A DNA stretch of 50,362 nucleotides from an uncultured Leptolyngbya sp. (GCA_964242045.1 CAXTDB010000003.1:1-50362), one strand, 5' to 3'. Shown: positions 37,807-48,031, numbered from the stretch's first letter. The notes: generated by a model not told the origin, from the letters alone. Numbers and translations: made by a program.

Positions 37807-40499
37807 GTCCTTGCAACAATTTCTTCAAACTGAAACTGATCAACGAGGTAGGTTAGAGTCTTTGCTAAATCTGCTTGCGACTCCGGAATTTGTTCAATCA
37901 GTTGCCTAATTGCCTCTGCATCTACGCGAAGTGCTGCTTGATGCAATTGTGTTCGCCAGATGGGTGACATCTGGTTCAGATGATCTACTTCAAGCATTTC
38001 AGAGGGTTTGAGAACCGAGGTTGCGTGAATCGACAGTGATCCTGGTTCTGCTGCATAGCGGTAGCGGACTCCTAAATGCTGTGCGATTGTTTCAAAAATA
38101 ATTTCTGAGCGAAACGGCTTTCGCACGAAATCATCACATCCCGCCGCTAACGCCTGATGTCGGCTATCTTCAAAGGCGCTGCCTGTGATGGCAATGATGA
38201 TCGGCGGGGCTTCATTGTTTTGCTGGGCACGAATCTGTTGTGCTGCCTGATAGCCATTTAATACAGGCATCCGCAGATCTAGGCAGATTAAGTGCGGCGA
38301 CCAAGCTTTCCATTGCTCGATCGCGTCTTGTCCATCGATCGCCTCCTGCACCTCAAACCCAATCGGACGCAGCAACTCGACCAAGAGTCGGCGATTTTCG
38401 AGTTTGTCTTCCACAATCAAGACGCGGTAAGTGGGTTGCCCTGGTTCTAACCCAATGACTTGGCGTTGACTCGATCGAATCAAGATGCCATCGCCCTCGA
38501 CTAACTGTGCCCCAATCGTGAAATGAAACGTCGATCCAACTCCGACTTGACTTTCAACCCAGATCTCTCCACTCAACAGTTGAACAAACCGACGGCTGAT
38601 CGCTAAGCCGAGTCCGGTGCCGTCTTGTGCTTGCAGGGAAATGCCCTGATGGAATTGCTGAGTCGCTCCACTTTGGACAAAGGAGTCAAAGATGCGATCG
38701 CAGTCCTCTGGTGCAATGCCAACGCCAGTATCGGACACCGCGAAGTGAAAGGTGGCTGTGTCAGGTTGCCATTGTACGGAGAGAACGATCGCTCCAGTTT
38801 GGGTAAATTTAACAGCGTTGCCTAATAGATTGACCAATACTTGACGCAGCTTGCTTTCATCGGTGTGAATATACTGCGGTAAATCAGAAGATTGTTCCAC
38901 TATCAGTTGCAGTCCTTTGGACTCTGCCTTAAATTGAAACATCTGCTGTAGGGTCCGAATGACGGCATAAAGATCAACGTCGGTTTCATTTAGCAGGATG
39001 CGACCTGCTTCAATTTTCGACATTTCTAGAACATCATTGATTAACATCAACAGGTGTTCTCCACTACGGCTAATGGTATCTAAATGTTGTTGCTGGTAAG
39101 CGGTAAGCGAATGTCCATAGCTCAGGAGTTGGGCAAATCCAAGAATGACATTCAACGGCGTTCGGAGTTCGTGGCTCATATTCGAGAGAAAAATGCTCTT
39201 GGCTTTATTTGCAGATTCAGCCGCTTCTTTAGCGCATTGCAGTTCTTCTTGAGCTTTTTTCTGCTCAGTGATATCTCTCATAATAATTAGCACTTCATTT
39301 CTTCCGCTGACAACGACTCGATTCTCCAAGTGTTGAACTTCCTGATCGTTGATTAACTGATGATCATAAACTTGTAGCTCGCCCGTTCGGAGTGCTTGCC
39401 GAATATAAATCATTCGTTGTTGTGCTAGTTCCGCAGGCAGTATTTCAAATATAGTTTTACCAACCACATCCTGTTCTGTATAGTTACTATAGGCTTTGAA
39501 ATTGTTAGCTGGAATAAAATCTACATAAGTACCATCGGCAGTTAAGCGCATCATCAGATCTGGAATCGCACTAAGTAGCGTGCGAAATTTTGTTTCGCTT
39601 TGTCGCAATGCCTGTTCCGAACGCCTTAGTTTGAGAATAATCGATGCGGCGATTGCAATCACCCCAACCGGACACAAGACAGAAAACCAGAAGCGATAAG
39701 ATTCAGCGGTTGTGAGCGCTTGTTGATAGGACTTATCGTAAGTTTTCACGATCTGATCACTGGTGGCTTTGGTGGGAATAATCAAAATGCCGTGAATGAG
39801 TGCTTCTCGGCGGCGCTGTCCTCGCAGAATCAGGCGGGCGTGTGCGATTACCTTTTTTAATTCTGGCTGATTGGATTGAGCGGCTTCTAGTTTTATAATC
39901 TGCTGCACTAGTTCAGCCGAGAAGTCTTGGTCGTCTCTTAATACATCTGACAGTAGAACGTTCTGGAGAAATAGATTTAGTAGATCAGCCAGGGATGGGG
40001 CGCTTGTTTCTCTTACTAATGTGCGAACCAAAATCGGCAAATACGACAGCGAATTCTGCAACACCGCATTTTGAGAATTGAACTGATTGAGCAGCGCTTC
40101 TTTGGCTTGCAACAGTTTTTGCTGACGGCACAGCTGTTGCTCTAATACTTTGCGTTCTATAGGAGAAACAAAACTGGGAATCTGTTGCAAGTCGGTTTGA
40201 ACCTGCTTCAGTTTAGCCATTTCGCTCACGATCGGATCATAGAAGGAAAGCTGTCCTAATCGTGCTTCCAAAACGCTCTGATTCAATCGTGCATCAATCT
40301 CTTGTGATCGAAGTAAACTCGTGCTGTAGGAGCTATGATGAGTATTAAGTTCAACTGTATTATTATTCCATAACACGATCAACACGATCGCGAATCCGAC
40401 CCATGCTAATACTATCCAGCGCAGCAATCGAGAAAAGTGCCCTCCTCGATTTGATCGTCCTGAGCGATCGTTCCGGTTGGAACCACCAACGCGAGTCAT
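37803..40499 (-). CDS. Hybrid sensor histidine kinase (DAHL-like periplasmic domain, PAS, HisKA, HATPase, REC)
   Basis: Two TMs flank a helical domain (YDPIV, NAVLQNSLSYLP); SHELRTPLN, NAVKFT, GTGLGL and a C-terminal receiver (LDLRMP, KP). Confidence 0.92.
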   Translation of the reverse strand: MTRVGGSNRNDRSGRSNRGGHFSRLLRWIVLAWVGFAIVLIVLWNNNTVELNTHHSSYSTSLLRSQEIDARLNQSVLEARLGQLSFYDPIVSEMAKLKQVQTDLQQIPSFVSPIERKVLEQQLCRQQKLLQAKEALLNQFNSQNAVLQNSLSYLPILVRTLVRETSAPSLADLLNLFLQNVLLSDVLRDDQDFSAELVQQIIKLEAAQSNQPELKKVIAHARLILRGQRRREALIHGILIIPTKATSDQIVKTYDKSYQQALTTAESYRFWFSVLCPVGVIAIAASIILKLRRSEQALRQSETKFRTLLSAIPDLMMRLTADGTYVDFIPANNFKAYSNYTEQDVVGKTIFEILPAELAQQRMIYIRQALRTGELQVYDHQLINDQEVQHLENRVVVSGRNEVLIIMRDITEQKKAQEELQCAKEAAESANKAKSIFLSNMSHELRTPLNVILGFAQLLSYGHSLTAYQQQHLDTISRSGEHLLMLINDVLEMSKIEAGRILLNETDVDLYAVIRTLQQMFQFKAESKGLQLIVEQSSDLPQYIHTDESKLRQVLVNLLGNAVKFTQTGAIVLSVQWQPDTATFHFAVSDTGVGIAPEDCDRIFDSFVQSGATQQFHQGISLQAQDGTGLGLAISRRFVQLLSGEIWVESQVGVGSTFHFTIGAQLVEGDGILIRSSQRQVIGLEPGQPTYRVLIVEDKLENRRLLVELLRPIGFEVQEAIDGQDAIEQWKAWSPHLICLDLRMPVLNGYQAAQQIRAQQNNEAPPIIIAITGSAFEDSRHQALAAGCDDFVRKPFRSEIIFETIAQHLGVRYRYAAEPGSLSIHATSVLKPSEMLEVDHLNQMSPIWRTQLHQAALRVDAEAIRQLIEQIPESQADLAKTLTYLVDQFQFEEIVART

Positions 40500-41605
40500 G
40501 ATGCACTCCCTGGAGGTTCTCCGGTCAGCGTCTTGAGAAACAGAACAATCTGCTGAACGTCTTTTTCAGGCAGGGAATGACCGAGTTGATACTTCGCCAT
40601 GACGGCGATCGCTTGGTCGAGCGTTTGAGCCGTGCCATCGTGAAAATAAGGTGGTGTGATCGCCACATTTCTGAGGCTCGGAACTCGAAACACAAATCGA
40701 TCATTCTCGCTGCCCGTCACGTTGTAGTGCCCAGAGTCGGCAGGGGTAATCTTGCCGCGATCGACGAAATAATTATTGATCACCCCAAACTTCTGAAACA
40801 AATTGCCGCCTACATTCACGCCTTGGTGACAACTCACGCAACCGTATTTTTTAAACAATCGATAGCCCTCTTGTTCGTCAACCGTTAACGCCGTGTTGGT
40901 GCCGCGATAGCCCTCTTGTTCTTTAGGCTTTAACGCCTTGTTGTCGCCGCGCAAAAATTGATCAAAGCGAGAATTCGGCGTAATGAGCGATCGCTCGTAG
41001 ACTGCGATCGCGTTAATCACATTGGGCATGGTAATTCTATCGGGATAAATGGCGTTAAACAGTCGAACGTAGTCGGGCGCTTGCTGAAGTTTCGTGATGA
41101 CTTGCTCCGAAGAAATTCCCATCACGGTCTGAACCATCTCCTCGATCTGAACCTCTAGCGTCTCAAACCGTCCATCCCAACCGAACCGGAAATCATTGTA
41201 GGCAACATTAAAAACCGTCGGAGTGTTCACCTGCGTTTGCACCCCAGTTGCGCCAATGGATCGAGCTTGTCCATCCGCCCCTCCTTGATCTAGCCGATGG
41301 CAACTGAGGCAAGACACCCGATTATCGATAGAAAGGCGAGTGTCAGCAAAGAGTTTCTCGCCTAATTTCACTACTACTACTTTATTAGTATCCAGCGCAT
41401 TACCCAGGGGAATCGGTTGAATTGGCTCATTTTGCCAAGTGGTAGGTGTGGAGTCTGCCGAAGTTGGCATCGCGTTCTGAGCAGGCTGTAACTGTTGCCA
41501 CAACAGCGCAATTAAGATAGCAGTTCCAATCAGTCCAAACAAAACGATCCAGCGTCGAAGTCGTTGAAACAGTCGAGCGAGACGGTTAAATTGCATAGTA
41601 CGCAC
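40496..41605 (-). CDS. Di-heme cytochrome c peroxidase/MauG family protein
   Basis: Two CxxCH motifs (CLSCH, CVSCH), NTPTVFN, WDGR and FRVPSLRNVAITPPYFHDG; N-terminal TM. Confidence 0.93.
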   Translation of the reverse strand: MRTMQFNRLARLFQRLRRWIVLFGLIGTAILIALLWQQLQPAQNAMPTSADSTPTTWQNEPIQPIPLGNALDTNKVVVVKLGEKLFADTRLSIDNRVSCLSCHRLDQGGADGQARSIGATGVQTQVNTPTVFNVAYNDFRFGWDGRFETLEVQIEEMVQTVMGISSEQVITKLQQAPDYVRLFNAIYPDRITMPNVINAIAVYERSLITPNSRFDQFLRGDNKALKPKEQEGYRGTNTALTVDEQEGYRLFKKYGCVSCHQGVNVGGNLFQKFGVINNYFVDRGKITPADSGHYNVTGSENDRFVFRVPSLRNVAITPPYFHDGTAQTLDQAIAVMAKYQLGHSLPEKDVQQIVLFLKTLTGEPPGSAS

Positions 41606-41679
41606 CCTTTAGAGTTTTATGGAACGAGGATGCCGCATCGAAAGGGTATAATCATCAAAATAATATCTCAGGCTGAGTT

Positions 41680-42750
41680 ATGAGCCGTGAATCCTCAACA
41701 AAGGGAGACATTCTCATCGTGGATGACAGCCCAGATAATTTACGGTTGTTATCATCGATACTGAATGAACGAGGCTACAAAGTTCGGAGTGTGCTCAATG
41801 GATCGGCAGCCTTGATGGGCGCACAAGCACAACCGCCGGATCTGATCTTGCTTGATGTCAATATGCTGGGTATGAATGGCTACGAAGTCTGCCGACTGCT
41901 TAAGGATAGTTTGCAGACGATCAATATTCCGGTAATTTTCATTAGTGCTTCCCGCGAAGTGATTGATAAAGTCAAAGCATTTTCAGTGGGGGGTGTGGAT
42001 TATATCTGTAAACCGTTCCAGGTTGAAGAAGTCCTAGTTCGGATTGAAACACAACTGTCGATTTGCCGCCTTCAAGCAAAATTGCAACGAGCATTAGTTC
42101 AGGAGCGATCGCTAAACCAACAGATTGAAGCAATGGCAGCCATCGAGGAGCGCAATCGCATTGCCCGCGAGATTCACGACTCGCTAGGACACTCCCTGAC
42201 GGCGCTAACCGTGCAACTACAAGCCTCTATCAGTATGATACAAACAGATCCCGCTCAGGCACAGGTTTTTCTAACTCAGGCGTACCAATTAAGCAAAACT
42301 GCAATGCAAGAAGTCCGCCAATCTGTCAAGGCACTGCGGGTCGATCAGCCGGCCCAACACTCTTTAGAAGCAACGATCATGGATTTAGCGGAAGGGTTTC
42401 GACAGGTTACAAGGATCACCCCGATCGTTCAGATTGAACTCAAGAAATCCGTTTCTCTATCTACATCGAGAACAATTCATCGGATTGTGCAAGAAGCCTT
42501 GACGAACGTCTCTAAACACGCCCAGGCAACTCAGATACAAATTGATTTGGTAACGGTTCGCCAAGCCAGTGGAGATTGCCTTTGCCTAACGCTCAAAGAT
42601 AATGGCAGAGGGTTTGATTGCCACCAACATACCGCTGGATTTGGACTGCAAGGAATGCAAGAACGAGTGGCTGCTTTAGCGGGAGAATTTTACTTAACGA
42701 CAGCACCCGGAGCAGGTTGCCAAATTGAGGTCAGATTTCCATTATCTTGA
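41680..42750 (+). CDS. Receiver + HisKA_3 histidine kinase (cytoplasmic)
   Basis: N-terminal REC (ILIVDD, LLDVNM, KP); ERNRIAREIHDSLGH, QEALTN, DNGRGF and GFGLQGM. Confidence 0.93.
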   Translation: MSRESSTKGDILIVDDSPDNLRLLSSILNERGYKVRSVLNGSAALMGAQAQPPDLILLDVNMLGMNGYEVCRLLKDSLQTINIPVIFISASREVIDKVKAFSVGGVDYICKPFQVEEVLVRIETQLSICRLQAKLQRALVQERSLNQQIEAMAAIEERNRIAREIHDSLGHSLTALTVQLQASISMIQTDPAQAQVFLTQAYQLSKTAMQEVRQSVKALRVDQPAQHSLEATIMDLAEGFRQVTRITPIVQIELKKSVSLSTSRTIHRIVQEALTNVSKHAQATQIQIDLVTVRQASGDCLCLTLKDNGRGFDCHQHTAGFGLQGMQERVAALAGEFYLTTAPGAGCQIEVRFPLS

Positions 42751-42758
42751 GGTGCTCT

Positions 42759-43430
42759 ATGATTCGATTGTTGCTTGTCGATGATCAAGGTTTGATTTGC
42801 CAAGGGCTACAGGCAGTTCTGAATCAAGAACCCGATCTACAAGTGGTGAGTTCTGCGGGGAATGGAGAGGCTGCGATCGCTCAGGTTGCCGCCTTGCAGC
42901 CGGATATTGTGCTGATGGATATCCGAATGCCTGTGATGACAGGTATCGAAGCAACTCGATTAATTGTTGAGCAGTTTCCTAACACAAAAGTCTTAGTGTT
43001 GAGTACCTTCGATGACGATCACGATATCGCTCAAGCAATGCGAGCTGGAGCCAAAGGCTATTTGCTCAAAGATATGCCTCCTCCAGAACTGATCGAAGCG
43101 ATTCGGCTCGTTTATCGGGGTTATTCTCAAATGGCTCCAGGATTAATGGAAAAGCTGCTGACCAATGTTCCATACAACGATTCGGATCAGCAGAACAGAA
43201 CCGAGGCAGTGAAACAGCTACCGTCTAGAGAACGAGATGTATTGCGCTTAATCGGTCAAGGATGTAGAAACCGCGAAATTGCAGTTCAATTACATTTGGC
43301 AGAGGGCACAGTTAAAACGTATGTGTCGCATTTACTGAATCGTCTGACGCTGCGGAACCGATCGCAGCTTGCAATCTATGCGAACTCGATTAGCGCAAGC
43401 CTAACTGCGAAGGAACCGCCTCGATGCTGA
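42759..43430 (+). CDS. NarL/LuxR family response regulator
   Basis: REC domain plus RERDVL.LI.QG..N.EIA..L.LAEGTVK LuxR HTH. Confidence 0.95.
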   Translation: MIRLLLVDDQGLICQGLQAVLNQEPDLQVVSSAGNGEAAIAQVAALQPDIVLMDIRMPVMTGIEATRLIVEQFPNTKVLVLSTFDDDHDIAQAMRAGAKGYLLKDMPPPELIEAIRLVYRGYSQMAPGLMEKLLTNVPYNDSDQQNRTEAVKQLPSRERDVLRLIGQGCRNREIAVQLHLAEGTVKTYVSHLLNRLTLRNRSQLAIYANSISASLTAKEPPRC

Positions 43431-43763
43431 GCGGTTAGAAGTCGCGATCGAACGGTCACGAAACCGTTGAGAAAGAAAATGCTTGCTTCCGAGAAATTCC
43501 TTTAGTCGGGTTTCTGTCTGTCTAGCGGGCATTGCTGTTTATGAAAGGCTAAGTAATCATACTCAGTCAATCAACGAATGTTAAACGGATTGACTTTACT
43601 TAGTTGAGTGGGGTCGAGACGTTCTTCAGATGTTTCTCATGAGATCAATCTCTACGATAAAGACAGTTAAGCAAAGCGCTTAGCTGCAACCAAACCTGAT
43701 GAGAACTGGGATACATCATCAGATATTTTGTTCACAGTAGTCTAACTAAAGAGATAAATCATC

Positions 43764-44147
43764 ATGACTTGTACATTGACCAAATCAAACATCTCATTAA
43801 AAACCGTCTCGTTGTGAGGTAAGGTCGCTAGATGGGCTGCCGTGGCTGCATCCGTAGTTGGAATCTCATCTGGTATGGTTATGCCAGCTCATGCAGTCAA
43901 CCGTGCAAACTGCGAGTCTGACACCTTTAACATCGCTCAAGGACCGCGAGGCGACGAGGCCACAATGTGCTTCACTAACGCTGGCGAGGTTTTAGTTGGT
44001 ATCGCTGACGTGCATCGATTGTATTCAGGAAACAACGCTGGCTATGTTGACACTAACAAGGGAACCTTCAGATTCGGAAAGCATCAGGTCGTTGACTTCA
44101 AGAACACGGTTGGCACAGTGAACATTTACGTCATCCATATCGACTGA
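43764..44147 (+). CDS. Secreted Streptomyces killer toxin-like / beta-gamma-crystallin-fold protein; possible nonsense codon in the signal peptide
   Basis: PAHA|VNRANC...CFTNAG...SGNN pattern. An in-frame ATG at 43764 is separated from the rest by TGA 43815-43817; the alternative start is GTG 43842. Confidence 0.68.
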
Positions 44148-44478
44148 TGCTGTAGCGGCGGTCAGCACCCAGCCGTAATCTTCATCGGTCATGTCGACAC
44201 ACGCAATTATCTGCCCTGTAGCTCTAAGCCACAGGGCATGATCTGCAACCTAGGCTCCAAAAAGCCCACAAGGAATCAGTCGAGGGGAGAGTGTAGCTCA
44301 AGCAGAACTCATCAACGAAATCTTTGGAGTGAGTGCTTAAAACAATATGTTGCCTTCGGCACACGCGCAGCGTGTTCGAGACATCTCGTTTGTCGCTCAG
44401 AAGTTTTTGCGACACAACCACAGATATTTAGGAAGCTTACACCCAAATTCATCAATTATTGAAAAGGGAGATTTGCAG

Positions 44479-44724
44479 ATGTTTAACTTTGCAAAAAAAG
44501 GTTTCTCATTACTTCAATCAGAACAACGTTTGAACGAAATGGCGGAAGGCATTGTGGAAGAAGTTGTTTGTCAACAAAGAGAATGGCGAGTGTATTTCTC
44601 TGCAACATATTGGTCTGCACGTTCGATAAAGCCCACTACGCTAATGCCTGGTGATTCTGTTCATGTTGTTGGACGCGACAACATTACGCTGCTAATCGAG
44701 CCAATTCCGGAGACTCCCAGCTAA
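44479..44724 (+). CDS. NfeD-like OB-fold protein
   Basis: RVYFSATYWSAR...L.PGD.V.VVGRDNITLLIEP; GGGAG RBS. Confidence 0.85.
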   Translation: MFNFAKKGFSLLQSEQRLNEMAEGIVEEVVCQQREWRVYFSATYWSARSIKPTTLMPGDSVHVVGRDNITLLIEPIPETPS

Positions 44725-44865
44725 AGTACTGTAACGCCACTTAGCAGATTACGCAGCTAAGATTTACTCCTGTAGTCCTGGTACTTTTTATGGATTTACA
44801 GCCTATAACCAGAGAGTTTGTTTACATCCTTGATTGTCTTTTAAACCGTCTTATGAGGGTTCTCT

Positions 44866-46320
44866 ATGACCGCGCTATTTTTCCGCGCTGTTGCAAGTCT
44901 GATGGGTTTGTCGATCGCAGTTTTGGCTTCCAGTGACCGCGCCAATCCTGTTACTGGGATTTGTTCAAGCGATCTCGCGCCTCGAATTGATGCGATCGTC
45001 AATCGTCCTAATTTTGCGCGATCTCGCGTTGGAATATTGATTCAAACATTGAACACTCGCCAAACCTTGTACAGTCGCGATACCGATCGACTTTTCATTC
45101 CCGCTTCTAATGTCAAAATCCTAACAACCGTTGCAGCCCTCCGAACGCTCAGCCCGAATTATCGAATTCGCACCTCGGTCTATGGAACTCAATTGAGCGA
45201 TGGCTGGAAAATCAGATTAGTTGGACGAGGCGATCCAAGTTTGAACAATCGACAGTTAAACGACCTAGCGCAACAGTTAAAGCGTCGTGGAATTAATCGA
45301 ATCGCAGAGCTAATTGTCGAAGATAGCTATTTCGGGCGCGATTCGCTCAATCCAGTGTGGGAAGTGGGCGACATTCAAGACCCTTTTGCCGCTCCGGTTA
45401 GTAGTTTAATTTTCGACCAGAACCAAGTTGGATTCAAACTCGTGCCGCAAGCGATCGGACAACCGACGCGAGTCGAATGGGACGATTTGATCGAAGGACG
45501 CTTCTGGAGGGTTGACAATCAATCGCGAACCGTAGATGCAAAAACCGAGGACTCAACCCGAGTGAGGCGCAATCTGAGTCTGCCGATTTTGAACATTTCG
45601 GGACAACTGCCCATTAATTCTACGTTTCCTTACAGGGTGGCGATTGCGATTCCGAATCCAGACGAACGGTTTTTGCGGCGATTTGTGCGATCGCTAGCCG
45701 AAACGGGAATAACAATCAAGCGATCGCGCATCAGTGAGCAAGCAGATCAATCCGGTGGGATTGATCTTGCACGCATCGATTCTCCACCACTGAGTAAATT
45801 GGTTGAAGAAACAAATCAAAACAGCAATAATCTCTATGCGGAAGTTCTCTTAAGAACAATCGGAGTCCAGCATTCATCGAATCAAACCGTACTAGAACGT
45901 GGAATCGAAACGCTGGTGCGGGAACTCAACCGGATTGGAATTGATCAAACTGAGATTAAGTTATTAGACGGTTCAGGGATATCACGACAAGACTTGGCCA
46001 CTCCTGCTGCAATTGTGAAAGTATTGAGCGCAATCATGCAGCAACCGGAAGGAAAATATTTTCGAGACTCCTTGCCGAGCGCAGGCATAAGCGGAACGTT
46101 ACAAGACCGATTTAAGAACAGCCCAGCAAAAGGAATTACACGGGCAAAAACGGGAACGTTAACCGGAGTTTCCGCCCTTTCAGGATACATTGATCCCCAA
46201 AATTACGAATCGCTCACCTTCAGCATCCTGATTAATCAGTCTCCGGATATGACCGACGTGCGACAAAAGGCGATCGATGAAATTGTCGGATTATTAGCAA
46301 GCGTGCGATCGTGTCGCTAG
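44866..46320 (+). CDS. dacB: D-alanyl-D-alanine carboxypeptidase/endopeptidase (PBP4, peptidase S13)
   Basis: PASNVK (SxxK), GRGDP, SNN, DGSGISR and AKTGTL. Confidence 0.96.
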   Translation: MTALFFRAVASLMGLSIAVLASSDRANPVTGICSSDLAPRIDAIVNRPNFARSRVGILIQTLNTRQTLYSRDTDRLFIPASNVKILTTVAALRTLSPNYRIRTSVYGTQLSDGWKIRLVGRGDPSLNNRQLNDLAQQLKRRGINRIAELIVEDSYFGRDSLNPVWEVGDIQDPFAAPVSSLIFDQNQVGFKLVPQAIGQPTRVEWDDLIEGRFWRVDNQSRTVDAKTEDSTRVRRNLSLPILNISGQLPINSTFPYRVAIAIPNPDERFLRRFVRSLAETGITIKRSRISEQADQSGGIDLARIDSPPLSKLVEETNQNSNNLYAEVLLRTIGVQHSSNQTVLERGIETLVRELNRIGIDQTEIKLLDGSGISRQDLATPAAIVKVLSAIMQQPEGKYFRDSLPSAGISGTLQDRFKNSPAKGITRAKTGTLTGVSALSGYIDPQNYESLTFSILINQSPDMTDVRQKAIDEIVGLLASVRSCR

Positions 46321-46450
46321 TCTCAGTCCGTCGCGCTCAACGAACAGTCCGCTGTCATCACGAGGTCGTGAGTGCAAAGCAGATTAGTGACGAAGCTAAA
46401 ATCAACTTTTGTTTTGTGTTTCGCTCAAACTCATCATTGTAGGAATCGCA

Positions 46451-47455
46451 ATGTCTAACATCATTGAATTGTTCTCTAGTGTACATCCAGTACTGAAGCA
46501 AGGTGCTCAGGGAGAATGGGTTACCTTTCTTCAAGATAGCTTAAACGGTTGTGGTTGTAGTCCGTTAGATCTCGATGGTGACTTTGGGACTCAAACGCTA
46601 TCAGTCGTAAATCAGTTTCAGCGGAAACAAGGTTTATCTGCAACTGGAGTGGTTGATGCTGCGACTTGGGAGGAGATCGCGACTCATCCAAAGCAATTTG
46701 GTTGGCAAGCACAATTGCTTAGCGAGGATATACGAACGGGCATAGCAGGAGCAGACACAATCAGCAATGTTACAGCCACCATGATTCAAAAAGCTTCTGA
46801 GTATCTAGCTGCTGCACCTCGATTCTGGGGACGTTATTTCCAAGCTGAGATAAGTGATGGGGAATATCTGCATCAGCAGGAAAACACGCTTTTACGTCAA
46901 GCTGGTATTCGAGTTGTGCCCATTTCGCGTTGGACAAATCGAGTGAATGGGTTCAGGGAAGACGGCACTGATGTCGGTCAAAAACAGGCAGGGGATTTGC
47001 TAGAAACGTTTGGTGAGAATTATCTAGCAAGTCAAGGAGATGGTTTTTATTTCTTCCTGGATGTAGAAGGAGTGGATGGTCAACCCTCGCTTTCACAAGA
47101 ATTTTATTTAGGTTGGTCAGAAGCGGTAGCGAAAGCTAACAGCAAGGTGCAGCTGATGCCTTGCGTTTACTTGAACGGCGGCGATTGTACAACCTTGAGG
47201 AATTTATCAGCAGCGGTCAAGGCAGGAGCAGAATGTCATGGGCTATGGGTTGCAAATTATGGAAATAACAATCCTTGGCTTCAACCCTGGAGTACTGAAG
47301 CTGTAAGAGTGTCTCCTTCCACACCTTGCAAGGTTTTGATCCATCAGTATGCAAGTAATACTGAACATAATCCTTGTGACTTAAACCAAATCAATCCCTT
47401 TTTGGAACACCCCGAATTAGTGATCAAGCGACTGATTCTGCCACCGCAGAATTGA
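46451..47455 (+). CDS. Peptidoglycan-binding domain + GH25-like (DUF1906-type) hydrolase
   Basis: LKQGAQGEWV..LQ..L...DGDFG..T...V..FQ...GL..TGVVD..TW is PG_binding_1. It is followed by GADT, FWGRY, FLDVE, HQY and CDLN TIM-barrel motifs. Confidence 0.85.
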   Translation: MSNIIELFSSVHPVLKQGAQGEWVTFLQDSLNGCGCSPLDLDGDFGTQTLSVVNQFQRKQGLSATGVVDAATWEEIATHPKQFGWQAQLLSEDIRTGIAGADTISNVTATMIQKASEYLAAAPRFWGRYFQAEISDGEYLHQQENTLLRQAGIRVVPISRWTNRVNGFREDGTDVGQKQAGDLLETFGENYLASQGDGFYFFLDVEGVDGQPSLSQEFYLGWSEAVAKANSKVQLMPCVYLNGGDCTTLRNLSAAVKAGAECHGLWVANYGNNNPWLQPWSTEAVRVSPSTPCKVLIHQYASNTEHNPCDLNQINPFLEHPELVIKRLILPPQN

Positions 47456-47480
47456 TTGAATCCACTAGGAAGCAATAAAA

Positions 47481-47510
47481 CTTGCCAACTCTATTTCTAG
47501 AGCTGGCAAG
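47481..47510. terminator. Hairpin after the hydrolase gene, possible terminator
   Basis: CTTGCCAACTCTA-TTTC-TAGAGCTGGCAAG; no U-tract on the + strand. Confidence 0.4.
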
Positions 47511-47575
47511 ACAACGGCTTCTATTATGGCGATTCGAGAGTTACAGAGTTGAATATCAATGTAAGTAGGTAGTTT

Positions 47576-48031
47576 ATGGAACCATTGACAACAACAGCGA
47601 TCGTATCAGTTTTATTCTCTAAAGCTTTTGAGAAAAGCGGTGAAAAGCTAGGAGAAACCTTTTCCGCCAAGATTGGTCAGCTTCTGACCCTAATTCAAGA
47701 GAAGTTCAAAGCAGAGAGTATTGAAGGAAAACTCCAAAAAGTCCAAGAAGAGCCTTCCGAAAAGAATAAAAGTAGATTTGAACAAGAGCTAACAACGCAA
47801 ATGGGAGATGATGAGGTATTTGCTAAAAAGCTGAAAGCACTGATAGATGAGATTAAGTCGAATAATCAAGTGAACCAGATATTCTTCAGAAGCGTTAGTG
47901 TCAAAGGCAATGCTGAAATTGGCAGTATAGAACAAACAACCACGCAAGGTAGGTCGGTTACACAGGAAGCCATCACTCAGGTTGATGTTGGTGGCACTTT
48001 GAAGATTGGCAATATGAATCAAAAGAGCTAA
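47576..48031 (+). CDS. Small helical (Bell/HeLo-like) protein with two C-terminal amyloid-like repeats
   Basis: About 95-aa helical N-terminal domain starting MEPLTTTAIVSVLF; repeats VNQIFFRSVSVKGNAEIGSIEQ (aa 99-120) and VTQEAITQVDVGGTLKIGNMNQ (aa 128-149). Confidence 0.75.
   Translation: MEPLTTTAIVSVLFSKAFEKSGEKLGETFSAKIGQLLTLIQEKFKAESIEGKLQKVQEEPSEKNKSRFEQELTTQMGDDEVFAKKLKALIDEIKSNNQVNQIFFRSVSVKGNAEIGSIEQTTTQGRSVTQEAITQVDVGGTLKIGNMNQKS

Noticed and set aside
43696-43723. CTGATGAG as a hammerhead ribozyme core
   Set aside because: No properly placed GAAA and stems; CTGATGA simply pairs with the downstream TCATCAG as a hairpin.
44284-44390. tRNA-like fragments (TAGCTCAA ... GTTCGAG)
   Set aside because: The T-stem and acceptor stem do not pair and the spacing is wrong for a cloverleaf.
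46330-46400. Possible riboswitch upstream of the PG hydrolase (hairpin TCACGA/TCGTGA, GCAAAGC)
   Set aside because: It does not match a riboswitch consensus I can verify; an Rfam/Infernal scan would be needed.
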